Shown piece by piece: positions 53,800 through 62,499 of a stretch of DNA of 64,000 nucleotides; the stretch's first letter is position 1, and every line of letters begins with the position of its first letter. The notes beneath the pieces are model-generated. The model was not told the origin of the DNA, searched no databases, and was given only the letters and a program-made list of their open reading frames with translations. Source of the stretch: Myxococcota bacterium (GTDB lineage Bacteria; Myxococcota_A; Polyangia; Nannocystales; Nannocystaceae). A program made the translations under genes and the position numbers. The stretch is from the NCBI GenBank assembly GCA_039028615.1, contig JBCCHT010000039.1, positions 47,040-111,039 on the forward strand, written 5' to 3'.

Positions 53800-55857
53800 T
53801 CAAAGCAGCTCGATGAACGCCAGCACAGCCGCCTGCTCCGCGACCTCCAGCCGAGCTCCCCCGTCCGCAAAGTGCAACCCCGCCCCCGGGACGAACCCCT
53901 CGAGCACCTCACTCAACGACCCCGCACTCCCGTTCGTGAAATAGGGGCGCTTCACGTAGAGCCGTCGCAACGGGGGCACCCGAGCCCCATCCTCATGCAC
54001 ATAGGGCTCGATCCCCGTCTTCACCCGCCGGTCCGACGCCCAGACGATCGCGCCCCCGTCCGCGATCGATGAAAGCCACCGCTCCGGCTCCACCCGCGTC
54101 CCCGCGTCATCCGTCACCCACCGGGCCGAGTGGCACTGCTCGCAATGCCGAGCAAACAGCTCCGCTCCGCGGGCCACAGCCGGCTCCTCGACGCGCCCTG
54201 CCACCGCCGCCCGCGGGTTGGGCTCGGGCGTAAACTCCATCAAAAACCGCATCAACGCCCGCCGCAGCCTCTCGGGCCCGACCGACTCCGTCACCCCCAA
54301 GTACGCCACCCAAGGCGTCTGCTCGGGCGAGACCGAAAACCAAGGATCCCCCGCCGTCCCCCGACTCGCCACATCGAATTCGTTGTGCGCCATCGTGGCC
54401 ATGGTCGGATCCAGCGCCCGCGAGAAGTGAGGCCGATTGTTGAACAGCCCCCGCAACGATCGAGTCGTCGCGTGCACCGTCCCCCGCCCCGTGAAGTGCA
54501 CCCGCCCATCGACCAGCCCCTCGAAGTGGCAGGTCTCGCAGGTGAAGCGGCTGCGCTTGCCCTCGGAGATCGCGGCCGGCCCCATCAGCCCCGTGAACGC
54601 CAGCGCCTCACCCAGCCGCACCTCGGTGTCGGGAGCCCCCGGCTCGACGATCACCTCGACGCCGCTGTCGTCCCATCGCACCCGCGCGTCCAGCAACGGA
54701 CTGACGGCGACCCCTCGAGCGCCGTCGCTGTCGAGCACGGCATCGCTGATCCCCGGCACCACGGCACGCGTCGAGACGGAGGGCTCGCCAAAGCTCGCAC
54801 CCCAGCGGGCCGTGACCAGGGTGTCCGCGCCATAGCCGATCGCGTGCAGGGTGGTCACGCCCTCGTCCACGCGGAGATCGACCCACTTGGGCGTCACCGC
54901 CCCGTGGCTGGCCAGGTTGATCTGCGCCCGACGCTCGGGTGCGCCCACGACCGGCAGATCGACGACGAACGCGAACGAGTCGACATAGCCGAATGCACCA
55001 TCGCCGCGATCGAGCGGGTGATCTTCGACGCCGCCCAGCACCACCCGCAGCGGGGGCCGAGCGTCGCCGGGCTGCGCGGGCAGGACCTCGACATCGAGGC
55101 TCCACAGCGGCCCGTCGAAGGGCACGTGCACGGGCTCGCCGTGCGGGAGGCCGTCGTCGCCGAGCGCCCACACCGAGAGCCGATGGTCGAGCATGCACAG
55201 CGCCAGCAGACGCCCGGGGGCGAAGCGAAGCTCGATCGGTCCGCCGCACGCCGCCGACCAGCGGGGCGCCACCGTCTTCGCGCCCGCGGGGCTCATCGAT
55301 GCTGCCGGATCGACCACCATCACGCGGTGCGCATGCGCGTCACCCACGGCCAATGAGCCACCGGGCCCACTGGCAATGCTGCGCAGCGAGTCCGATCCCT
55401 CGATGCCGACCCGCACAGCCGCGGACGGGAGCGCCTCGGGGTCCTCGGCCAGCGCATGGCGCCAAAGCTCGCCCGAGCGTGGACTCACGACCCACAGATC
55501 GCCCGAGGACAACGCCCAGTCGGTTGCGTCCGTCGCGGTCGGGACCCCGTCGTCGCTCGGCGCAGAGCCGAACCGAGCAATCTGTCCCGCGCCGCGCCGC
55601 AGCACCCAGGGCTCCCCCGATGCCCGCGGCAACAGACGGAACGGATTCGGCCCCGAGCGCTCGCTCCAGGGCCGCTCCGCCTCGAAATTCGTGGCCCGAC
55701 GCTGCTCGTCCTCCCAGTGAGCGAGCCGCGCGATGGCCTCGTCCTGGGGATCGGCGGCGGACGGCGACTCTACGGGCGCCGACTGCTCGACGGCGTCGGG
55801 TTGTTGGCTACACGCCGCCAGCGCCAAGCCGACGGCGAGCCATCGACTACCAGCCAC
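53800..55857 (-). CDS. Lipoprotein: beta-propeller plus di-heme cytochrome c peroxidase/MauG-like domain
   Basis: GTG at 55857 overlapping the upstream gene; lipobox LAAC; CETCH and CEQCH; TRSLRGL and VPPLRRL...PYFTNGS. Confidence 0.8.
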   Translation of the reverse strand: MAGSRWLAVGLALAACSQQPDAVEQSAPVESPSAADPQDEAIARLAHWEDEQRRATNFEAERPWSERSGPNPFRLLPRASGEPWVLRRGAGQIARFGSAPSDDGVPTATDATDWALSSGDLWVVSPRSGELWRHALAEDPEALPSAAVRVGIEGSDSLRSIASGPGGSLAVGDAHAHRVMVVDPAASMSPAGAKTVAPRWSAACGGPIELRFAPGRLLALCMLDHRLSVWALGDDGLPHGEPVHVPFDGPLWSLDVEVLPAQPGDARPPLRVVLGGVEDHPLDRGDGAFGYVDSFAFVVDLPVVGAPERRAQINLASHGAVTPKWVDLRVDEGVTTLHAIGYGADTLVTARWGASFGEPSVSTRAVVPGISDAVLDSDGARGVAVSPLLDARVRWDDSGVEVIVEPGAPDTEVRLGEALAFTGLMGPAAISEGKRSRFTCETCHFEGLVDGRVHFTGRGTVHATTRSLRGLFNNRPHFSRALDPTMATMAHNEFDVASRGTAGDPWFSVSPEQTPWVAYLGVTESVGPERLRRALMRFLMEFTPEPNPRAAVAGRVEEPAVARGAELFARHCEQCHSARWVTDDAGTRVEPERWLSSIADGGAIVWASDRRVKTGIEPYVHEDGARVPPLRRLYVKRPYFTNGSAGSLSEVLEGFVPGAGLHFADGGARLEVAEQAAVLAFIELL

Positions 55858-56068
55858 CCTCTTTTTTCTCGTCGGCCTTCGCCTCATCGGCCTTCTTGTC
55901 GTCGGCCTTCTTGTCATCAGCCTTTTTGTCGTCGGCCTTTTTGTCGTCTTTCTTCTTGTCGGCGTCCTTCTTGTCCGCCTTGGCATCCTTGCCGTCCGCC
56001 TTCTTGTCGTCACAAGCGGGGACGAATGCGAGGGAGAGGGCCGCCAACATCAGGGGGAGGGTGCGCAT
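55847..56068 (-). CDS. Small lipoprotein made of KKADD repeats
   Basis: Lipobox FVPAC followed by DDKKAD repeats (15-bp tandem DNA units). Confidence 0.75.
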   Translation of the reverse strand: MRTLPLMLAALSLAFVPACDDKKADGKDAKADKKDADKKKDDKKADDKKADDKKADDKKADEAKADEKKEGGW

Positions 56069-56317
56069 GGACATCCCACCGAGGATCACCTCGACCACCC
56101 TGCTGTGGCAATCGGCCCCAACCGACATGGCCCGGATCGGTTGGGCCGGAGACGCCGCCACCCGCCATGAATGTGTGAGAACACCCCCGATCCTCGCCCT
56201 TTGAGCCGGTTGTGCCCACGTTCACGACTTGCCGGCCCTCCGTGCCTGGGGTAAGCCCCCGCAGAGGACGCACCGCTGTCGGACGAGCTGACCAACCTCG
56301 ACGACCGGCCGCCCCGG

Positions 56318-57706
56318 TTGTTCAAGCTGAGCCTCGAGTGGCCGCTCGTTCGAAGGGTGGCGCGGCTCGGCGTGTGGGTGGTCTTGGCGATGGTCACTCA
56401 GTACCTCGTCAACGTCACCGACAACGCGATGGTCGGTCGTCTCGAAGGCGACGAGGCCACGGCCTCCCAAGCCGCGCTCGGGGTCGCCATGCCCTTCTTC
56501 TGGGCCTTCGGCGGCTTCTTTGCCGCGGTGGGTGCAGGCACGCAGGCGATCACCGGTCGCCGCTACGCCGAGGGTGACTATCGCGGCGCGGGCCAGGTGC
56601 TCTTCAACGCGATGTGCATCGCCGTCATCGCAGGGGTCACCGGGACCGCGCTCGGGTACTGGGCATCCGCCCCCGGCCTGGGCTTTTTGGCCGAGGGTGG
56701 CGGCTCGCAAGAGGCCCTGGCCATCGAGTACTCGCAGATCCGCATGCTCGGCGTGGCCGGCATGGTGGTGACCTTCGCGTACAAGGCGTTCTTCGACGGA
56801 GTCGGCCGCACGTATGTGCACCTGTGGGCCGCGTTGTCGATGAATGTCTTCAACATCATCCTCAACTACTTCTTCATCTACGGCAACGACACGCTGGGGA
56901 TCCCCCGCATGGCGTTGGCCGGCGCGGGCTATGCCTCGGTGATCAGCACCTATCTCGGTCTGCTCATCATCGGCCTGGTCGCGACCCGCAAGCACTACAA
57001 CGACAAGTATCGCTTCTGGCGAATGAGCCACTTCGATCCGCGGATCATGGGGCGCATCGTCAAGCTGATGATCCCCTCGGGGGTCGCCACCGTGGTGCTC
57101 ATGGCCGGCTTCGCGCTGTTCATGCGCTTCGTCGGCGAGATCGACACCGCCGCGGGCACGGGCAACGTCTACGGTGCGGCCACCAAGGCGATCATGGACA
57201 TCGCCGGGGTCTGCTTCATGCCGCTCATCGCGTTCGGCACGGCCACCGCCACCTGCGTCAGCCAGAGCCTGGGCGTCAACAAGACCAACCTGGCCGCGCG
57301 CTACGGGTGGGAGGCCTCGCGGGTGGGCGTGTTCGCCATGCTCGTCATCGGGTGCCTGTTCATCGCGATCCCCGAGCCCATCATCGCCCTGGTCTCGCCC
57401 AACGACCCCGCCGTGGCCATTGCCGGGGCGAACTCGCTGCGCATCATCACCCTGGGCCTGCCGCTCATGGCCGTCGGACTGGTCCTTTCCCAGGCGCTGT
57501 TCGGGGCGGGAGCCAACGTGTTCGTGGCCATTGCCGAGGGCATCTTGCACTTCGGCTTCTTCGTGCCCGGGTCCTGGTTGCTGGGCCCCAAGCTCGGCTT
57601 CGGCATGGAGGGGGTATGGGTTGCTGCGACGATGTATGTCAGCGCCCTCGGCCTCGTGATGGGGGCCAAGTTCCTGAGCCACGGCTGGCGCAAGATCAAG
57701 TTGTAG
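56318..57706 (+). CDS. MATE family efflux transporter
   Basis: About 12 TM helices; DNAMVGRL, FNIILNYFFIYG, GAGYAS and VSQSLG. Confidence 0.9.
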   Translation: MFKLSLEWPLVRRVARLGVWVVLAMVTQYLVNVTDNAMVGRLEGDEATASQAALGVAMPFFWAFGGFFAAVGAGTQAITGRRYAEGDYRGAGQVLFNAMCIAVIAGVTGTALGYWASAPGLGFLAEGGGSQEALAIEYSQIRMLGVAGMVVTFAYKAFFDGVGRTYVHLWAALSMNVFNIILNYFFIYGNDTLGIPRMALAGAGYASVISTYLGLLIIGLVATRKHYNDKYRFWRMSHFDPRIMGRIVKLMIPSGVATVVLMAGFALFMRFVGEIDTAAGTGNVYGAATKAIMDIAGVCFMPLIAFGTATATCVSQSLGVNKTNLAARYGWEASRVGVFAMLVIGCLFIAIPEPIIALVSPNDPAVAIAGANSLRIITLGLPLMAVGLVLSQALFGAGANVFVAIAEGILHFGFFVPGSWLLGPKLGFGMEGVWVAATMYVSALGLVMGAKFLSHGWRKIKL

Positions 57707-57773
57707 GCGCCCTACCTGGGTAAATTCGCCGAGGATTGGCGTTCGAACGTCCCGATCGGCCTATCATCGGGTC

Positions 57774-59057
57774 ATGCGAACGCTTGGCCTCGTGTGTGTG
57801 ACCTTGGGAATGAGCTGGCCGATGACCGCGCAGGCCGATGCCTCCGCGCTCCCGCTGACCTCGCTGAGGCAAGCGCAGCCCACTCCCCAGACGCCCGAGC
57901 CCACGTCGTCACCCGCGGGCGAGGTGGTCGAGCCCCCGCAGCCGACCCCGATCCACCAGCCCACCTCCTCGCGCGCCCCCTCCTCGACCCACCAGCCCAC
58001 CTCCTCGCGCGCCCCCGGTTCCGCCCCCATCGTGGAGCAGCCGGAACCCGAGCCCCAGCCGGAGCCCGAGCCCGAGCCGATCGACGAGGACCTCACCCTC
58101 GCCGACGAGCGTGACCAGGCCGCCATCGACATGGCCTTCCACCGCCACGCCATCGGGGCGCACGGCGGCATCGTCGTCATTCCCACCTGGCTGCTGTCCA
58201 ACTGGCTGGCCAGCCACACCAACGCGCTGTGCCGCGGCGCCACCATCGGTGGGTTCGCGGGGGATCGTGGCCTCAACCAACAGGACGGCTGCAACTACTA
58301 CGTCGGGCTCGACTACGCGTTCCGCTTCTCCCGCGTGCTCGATGTCGCCGCCTCCGTGCAGTACCAGCGCGCCAAGGTCCCCGACGGCCTGTGGCTCGAC
58401 AAGCAGCGCTTCGACGGCAGCGCGGCCAGCCTCGAGTCGGCCGACTACACCGAGATCGACCTCGGCCTGGTCGCGATGGAGGTCGACTTCATCGCCCGAG
58501 CCCCGGTCGCGGTGACCAAGGACGTCGAGTTCGGCATCGGCGGCGGCGCGGGCCTGGGCCTGGGCGTGCTCTTCGGCAGCATCAACCAGACCCCGCTGGG
58601 CGCCGCCCCGGCGGGCTTCACCTCGGGCGCGGGGCAGACCCCCGACTCTTGCCAGACCCTCGACGACCTCGGCGACCTGACCCGCTGCACGCCGCGCTAC
58701 GACATCAATGCCGACGGCGACCAGGTCCCGCCCGACGAGAGCGAGCTGAGCTTCCCCAACCCCGACCTGTTCGCCAACTGCACCAGCAACGAGTGCAACG
58801 AGTCGGACCTGCGGGCCTTCGGCTACCGTCGCGAGCAGACCGGCGTGCCCCCGGTCATCCCCATCGTCAACCTCATCCTGAGCGCCCGGCTCATCATCAA
58901 GGACACGGTGGGCATCACCATCAACGGTGGCTTCAACACCGGCTTCTACTTCGGTGGCGGGCTGCAGGTGTTCTTCGGCAAGTCCGAGCAGGACGAGATG
59001 CGCAAGAAGGGCGCGGAGATCGGCAAGCGTCGGACCCGACGCTCGGCGAAGCTCTGA
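57774..59057 (+). CDS. Secreted, probable outer-membrane beta-barrel protein
   Basis: Signal peptide; Pro-rich linker with duplicated HQPTSSRAP (57953-58016); amphipathic strands ending GFYFGGGLQVFF. Confidence 0.7.
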   Translation: MRTLGLVCVTLGMSWPMTAQADASALPLTSLRQAQPTPQTPEPTSSPAGEVVEPPQPTPIHQPTSSRAPSSTHQPTSSRAPGSAPIVEQPEPEPQPEPEPEPIDEDLTLADERDQAAIDMAFHRHAIGAHGGIVVIPTWLLSNWLASHTNALCRGATIGGFAGDRGLNQQDGCNYYVGLDYAFRFSRVLDVAASVQYQRAKVPDGLWLDKQRFDGSAASLESADYTEIDLGLVAMEVDFIARAPVAVTKDVEFGIGGGAGLGLGVLFGSINQTPLGAAPAGFTSGAGQTPDSCQTLDDLGDLTRCTPRYDINADGDQVPPDESELSFPNPDLFANCTSNECNESDLRAFGYRREQTGVPPVIPIVNLILSARLIIKDTVGITINGGFNTGFYFGGGLQVFFGKSEQDEMRKKGAEIGKRRTRRSAKL

Positions 59058-59082
59058 GCGTGCCGTGGTCGGCGGGCCAGCC

Positions 59083-59478
59083 CTACGCGGGCGCCCGCAA
59101 CGACTCGATGAAGGCCTGCACCTCGGCGTGCCCGAAGGGCTTGGACAGCCACCCGCGGGGCCGCAAGCTCTCGAGGAACTCGCGGGTCTTGGGGTCGAAG
59201 GCTCCGCCCGTCATGAAGCCCACCCGCTGGGCGAGCGACGCCTGCTCGACCCGCAGCCGCTTGAGGAACTCGGCGCCGCTGAGCTCTGGCATCATCACGT
59301 CGCAGAGGATCGCCTCCCACGGCTCGGCCGCCGCCAAGCGCAGGCCCTCGCGACCATCGGTGGTCGTGGTGATGTCGTAGCTGCGCCGCATGAGCCGAGC
59401 CAGCATGCCGCACATCAGCGGCTCGTCGTCGATCACGAGCACGCGAGGCAGGCCGGCGCTGGACTTCGGGGGGGTCAT
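59083..59478 (-). CDS. Single-domain response regulator
   Basis: VLVIDDE, CDVMMP, FMTG and LSKPF. Confidence 0.92.
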   Translation of the reverse strand: MTPPKSSAGLPRVLVIDDEPLMCGMLARLMRRSYDITTTTDGREGLRLAAAEPWEAILCDVMMPELSGAEFLKRLRVEQASLAQRVGFMTGGAFDPKTREFLESLRPRGWLSKPFGHAEVQAFIESLRAPA

Positions 59479-60611
59479 GCGGGGTCGTCCTGAGCGACCG
59501 GGATCAGCAGACGAAACGTCGAGCCGACCCCGAGCTCAGAGCTTACCTCGATACGACCCCCGTGGTCAGCGATCATGCGTTTGGACAGCGCCAGGCCCAG
59601 GCCCGTGCCCTTGCCCACCGGCCGGGTCGTGAAGAACGAATCGAAGATCCGGGAGCGATTGTCGGGGCTGATGCCAACTCCGTTGTCCCGGACCTCGATG
59701 GAGACCATGCGCTCGGAGTGGCGAGCGACTTCGATCTCGATGAGGTTATCCTCGGTCGAGCGCTCCTCGGGCAGCGCGTGCAGTGCGTTCTGCACCAGGT
59801 TGACCAGCACCTGCCCCAGCCGGCCACGATCGGCCCGGATCTTGGGCACCTCGTGGAACACGTAGCTCATGCGCGCGCGGTGGTGGACGGTGTTGCGAAT
59901 GAGCGCCAGCGCGGACTCGACCACCTCGGCCACGTCCCAGTTGTCGAACGAGATCTCGACCGAGGGCGCCAGGTTCTTGAGGTCGACCGCGATCCGGGCC
60001 GCTCGCGCCACGCCCTCGCGCGCGTCACTGATCGCGCTGCGGATCTCCGCCATGCGCTCGCCGTGATCGACGATGGCCAGCTCCTCGAGCTCCATCGAGA
60101 TGAACTCCAGGTTCCCCAAAGCATAGGACAGCGGGTTGTTGAGCTCGTGCCCCACGCCCGCCGACAACGTGGTGTAGGCCAAGCGCTCGGCCAGCGCCTG
60201 GCTATTGGCCTGCTCCTCGATGAGCGAGTTCTTCTGGCGGATCTCGTAGACCAGCGCCCCCACCTCTTCGGCCGCGTTGTTGACGAGATAGGCCAGCACG
60301 TCTTCGGGGCTGCCGTCGAAGGTCCGGGTGACCCGCGCCGCGAACTCGCCCGCGCCGATTCGCACCAGCACGTCGGTGACGGTGGCGATCAGCGTCTCCA
60401 TGCGCTCGCGGTCCCGGGCCCGCAGCGCGAACAGCTCGCCGATCTCCTCGATCATCAAGTTGAACAGGTGCGCGACCGTGTCCTGCGCGTCCTGCTTGCC
60501 CGTTCGCTTGAGCCGAATCCCAAAGTCGCCTTGCGACAACGAGATGAACGCGTCCGTCAGTTCCTCGACGAACTCGACTTCGAACTCGGACGGCGAGGAT
60601 CTCGTACTCAT
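59475..60611 (-). CDS. Soluble sensor histidine kinase with two HAMP-like repeats
   Basis: GHELNNPL, QVLVNLVQNA, DNGVG, FFTT and GTGLGL; no TM helix; overlaps the response regulator start. Confidence 0.92.
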   Translation of the reverse strand: MSTRSSPSEFEVEFVEELTDAFISLSQGDFGIRLKRTGKQDAQDTVAHLFNLMIEEIGELFALRARDRERMETLIATVTDVLVRIGAGEFAARVTRTFDGSPEDVLAYLVNNAAEEVGALVYEIRQKNSLIEEQANSQALAERLAYTTLSAGVGHELNNPLSYALGNLEFISMELEELAIVDHGERMAEIRSAISDAREGVARAARIAVDLKNLAPSVEISFDNWDVAEVVESALALIRNTVHHRARMSYVFHEVPKIRADRGRLGQVLVNLVQNALHALPEERSTEDNLIEIEVARHSERMVSIEVRDNGVGISPDNRSRIFDSFFTTRPVGKGTGLGLALSKRMIADHGGRIEVSSELGVGSTFRLLIPVAQDDPA

Positions 60612-60647
60612 CGGAGTCAGCGTTCGAGCAGCCTACCACTCGCCACG

Positions 60648-61091
60648 CTACACGCGTGCGCGGTGGGCTCGTTGGCGCTCTCGGATCCAGGGCCGGGCCT
60701 CCTGGAGGGTCGTGAACATCTTCACCGGAGTTTGTGGCTGGCTCAGGCCGAGAAAGAACGAGCCCATGGCGCGACTGAGCATCGAGCCACCGATCAATGC
60801 GAACCCAACCGACCACTGAGGAGAGGGGTCGTCGGCGTATACCTTACGCGCAGCCCGATCTTGTGACGCCAAGCGATCGAAGAAGATCGCCACGATCGGC
60901 GGCAGGTGGTTGGCATCGAAGTGGAATTTCTGGAATTCCACGTTCTCGTGGGCCGTAGGCCCCGTATCGTGCGCCCCTGCGTGGGGCAGGGCCAGCAGGA
61001 CCCCCTCGTCGTCCACGTAATAGACCGTGTTCGACGTCTTGCCGACGATGGGCCAAGCGACGTCCCACCCGGTTGGCCAATCGCTCGGCAT
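60648..61091 (-). CDS. STAS/SEC14-like small protein
   Basis: ARKVYA, FALIGGSMLSRAMGSFFL and PVKMFTTLQEARPWI pattern. Confidence 0.7.
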   Translation of the reverse strand: MPSDWPTGWDVAWPIVGKTSNTVYYVDDEGVLLALPHAGAHDTGPTAHENVEFQKFHFDANHLPPIVAIFFDRLASQDRAARKVYADDPSPQWSVGFALIGGSMLSRAMGSFFLGLSQPQTPVKMFTTLQEARPWIRERQRAHRARV

Positions 61092-61235
61092 ACCCGTGAG
61101 TATCTCGACATTGCGAGCCCCGGTCCAGCGGCATTCACCTACACGGGATGCGCGACCCCACCGGGTCATACATTCTCCGCCAGTCCGGCACCGTAGCGTC
61201 GTGGCCCCGCCGCACGCGCGTCGAATGATGAGCAG

Positions 61236-61688
61236 TCAGTACGACGAAGACTGGAACTTCATCGTGCGCCCGGTGGCGTAGATGCGGCGATCCCAGTCGG
61301 GGATGTAGTACTGGAAGACCGAGCCGGTGCCGAGGCCACGATTGGCGAGACAAAGGCCTACCGCGGCTTCCACGGGCATGTCGACGACGAACTCTGCAAT
61401 CGACTGTCGGTAGCCGCGCGTCGGGCTCGGCTCGACCTGAGCCAGGCGCCACAGCGTCTCGGCAAACTTGTAGGGCCGGGTCCCGACGTAGGCGCCTCGA
61501 GCCTCGCGCGCATCCTCTTCGCTCAAGAAGAAGTTGCTGTGGCCGCCGACGCCTTGCCACACCTTGGTCATGGGCTCGACCTGGACGTTGATCCACGTGT
61601 CGACCCGGTAGCCACTACCAGCTTGATCTGCTCTCGCGAGTGCTGCGACGTCCATCGTCTCGTCCCTCCGACCTTCGCGCAGGAGCAT
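61236..61688 (-). CDS. Hypothetical protein resembling a polymorphic-toxin C-terminal domain
   Basis: AQVEPSPTRGYR and ANRGLGTGSVFQYYIP; start either 61688 or 61655. Confidence 0.55.
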   Translation of the reverse strand: MLLREGRRDETMDVAALARADQAGSGYRVDTWINVQVEPMTKVWQGVGGHSNFFLSEEDAREARGAYVGTRPYKFAETLWRLAQVEPSPTRGYRQSIAEFVVDMPVEAAVGLCLANRGLGTGSVFQYYIPDWDRRIYATGRTMKFQSSSY

Positions 61689-61883
61689 AGCCCAACCGCC
61701 CCGCTCGGGTCTCACTCGAGGCATCACGCCGCGAAAACGAGCCCGTGAATGCGCTGCTTCGAGCGGCAGACCCCCTTCCGGCGGCTGAATTCGAGCGCCG
61801 ATCGACGAATGTTGATCGCGATGTCGAGCGCCCCGACCACCCCTTCGCGACTCGATTCCATGGGTCCGAAGGAAGAACCAACG

Positions 61884-62327
61884 ATGACCAAGCCACACGA
61901 GAACCGGCAAGCCGAATTTTCCAACGACGTCGACAACGGCAAGCTCGCCGAGCCGACTTCGAGCGGCTCGACCTTCTACATCAAGCTCGCATCGAACGGG
62001 ACGCCAGTGGGCTACGTCGGCGTGAAAAACGGGTGGTGCGCCGTGGTCGACGAAGGCTCTGCGCTCGAATTCGAGGCCTACGTGTACGACGACGTCACGT
62101 ACTACAAAGTGGCCTCCGGCTCCTACGCGGGCAAGTACCTGTCGGTCAGCAAGCACGACGCGGTGGGTCTGTACCGCTGGCACGGCGCCACCGGGTGGTC
62201 CAAGAGCGGCGACGACCTCGTCAGCAAGTACAACAACCAGAAGCTCTCCATGTACAGCACCGACTACGAGTACCTGTACGCGTGGAACGACTACACCGTG
62301 CTCTCGGTGTCCCTGCCCTCGACCTGA
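61884..62327 (+). CDS. Small Tyr/Trp-rich beta protein (possibly beta-trefoil)
   Basis: AAGGAAG RBS; strong codon bias; aromatic-rich strands. Confidence 0.7.
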   Translation: MTKPHENRQAEFSNDVDNGKLAEPTSSGSTFYIKLASNGTPVGYVGVKNGWCAVVDEGSALEFEAYVYDDVTYYKVASGSYAGKYLSVSKHDAVGLYRWHGATGWSKSGDDLVSKYNNQKLSMYSTDYEYLYAWNDYTVLSVSLPST

Positions 62328-62499
62328 CCGCAGCCAGGTCGGCGTCGCCCCGAGTCGGTGGCGACGCCGCGCCATCCCCCGGCGCCGCGGGGTATCATGG
62401 CGCCCATCCCCCCGGGATCATGGCCGAAAACGCCACGCGGAGGCCCGGGACGGACTTTTTGCCAACACTCTCGGGTCCCGCGGCATCCACCCGTATTCG

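Noticed and set aside
55860..56013. Arg/Thr-rich N-terminus of the 737-aa ORF
   Set aside because: Alternative-frame reading of the KKADD-repeat gene; the real start is probably GTG at 55857, which gives a proper lipoprotein signal
61688..62375. N-terminal extension of the 379-aa minus-strand ORF 61236-62375
   Set aside because: It is the antisense shadow of the better-supported plus-strand gene 61884-62327
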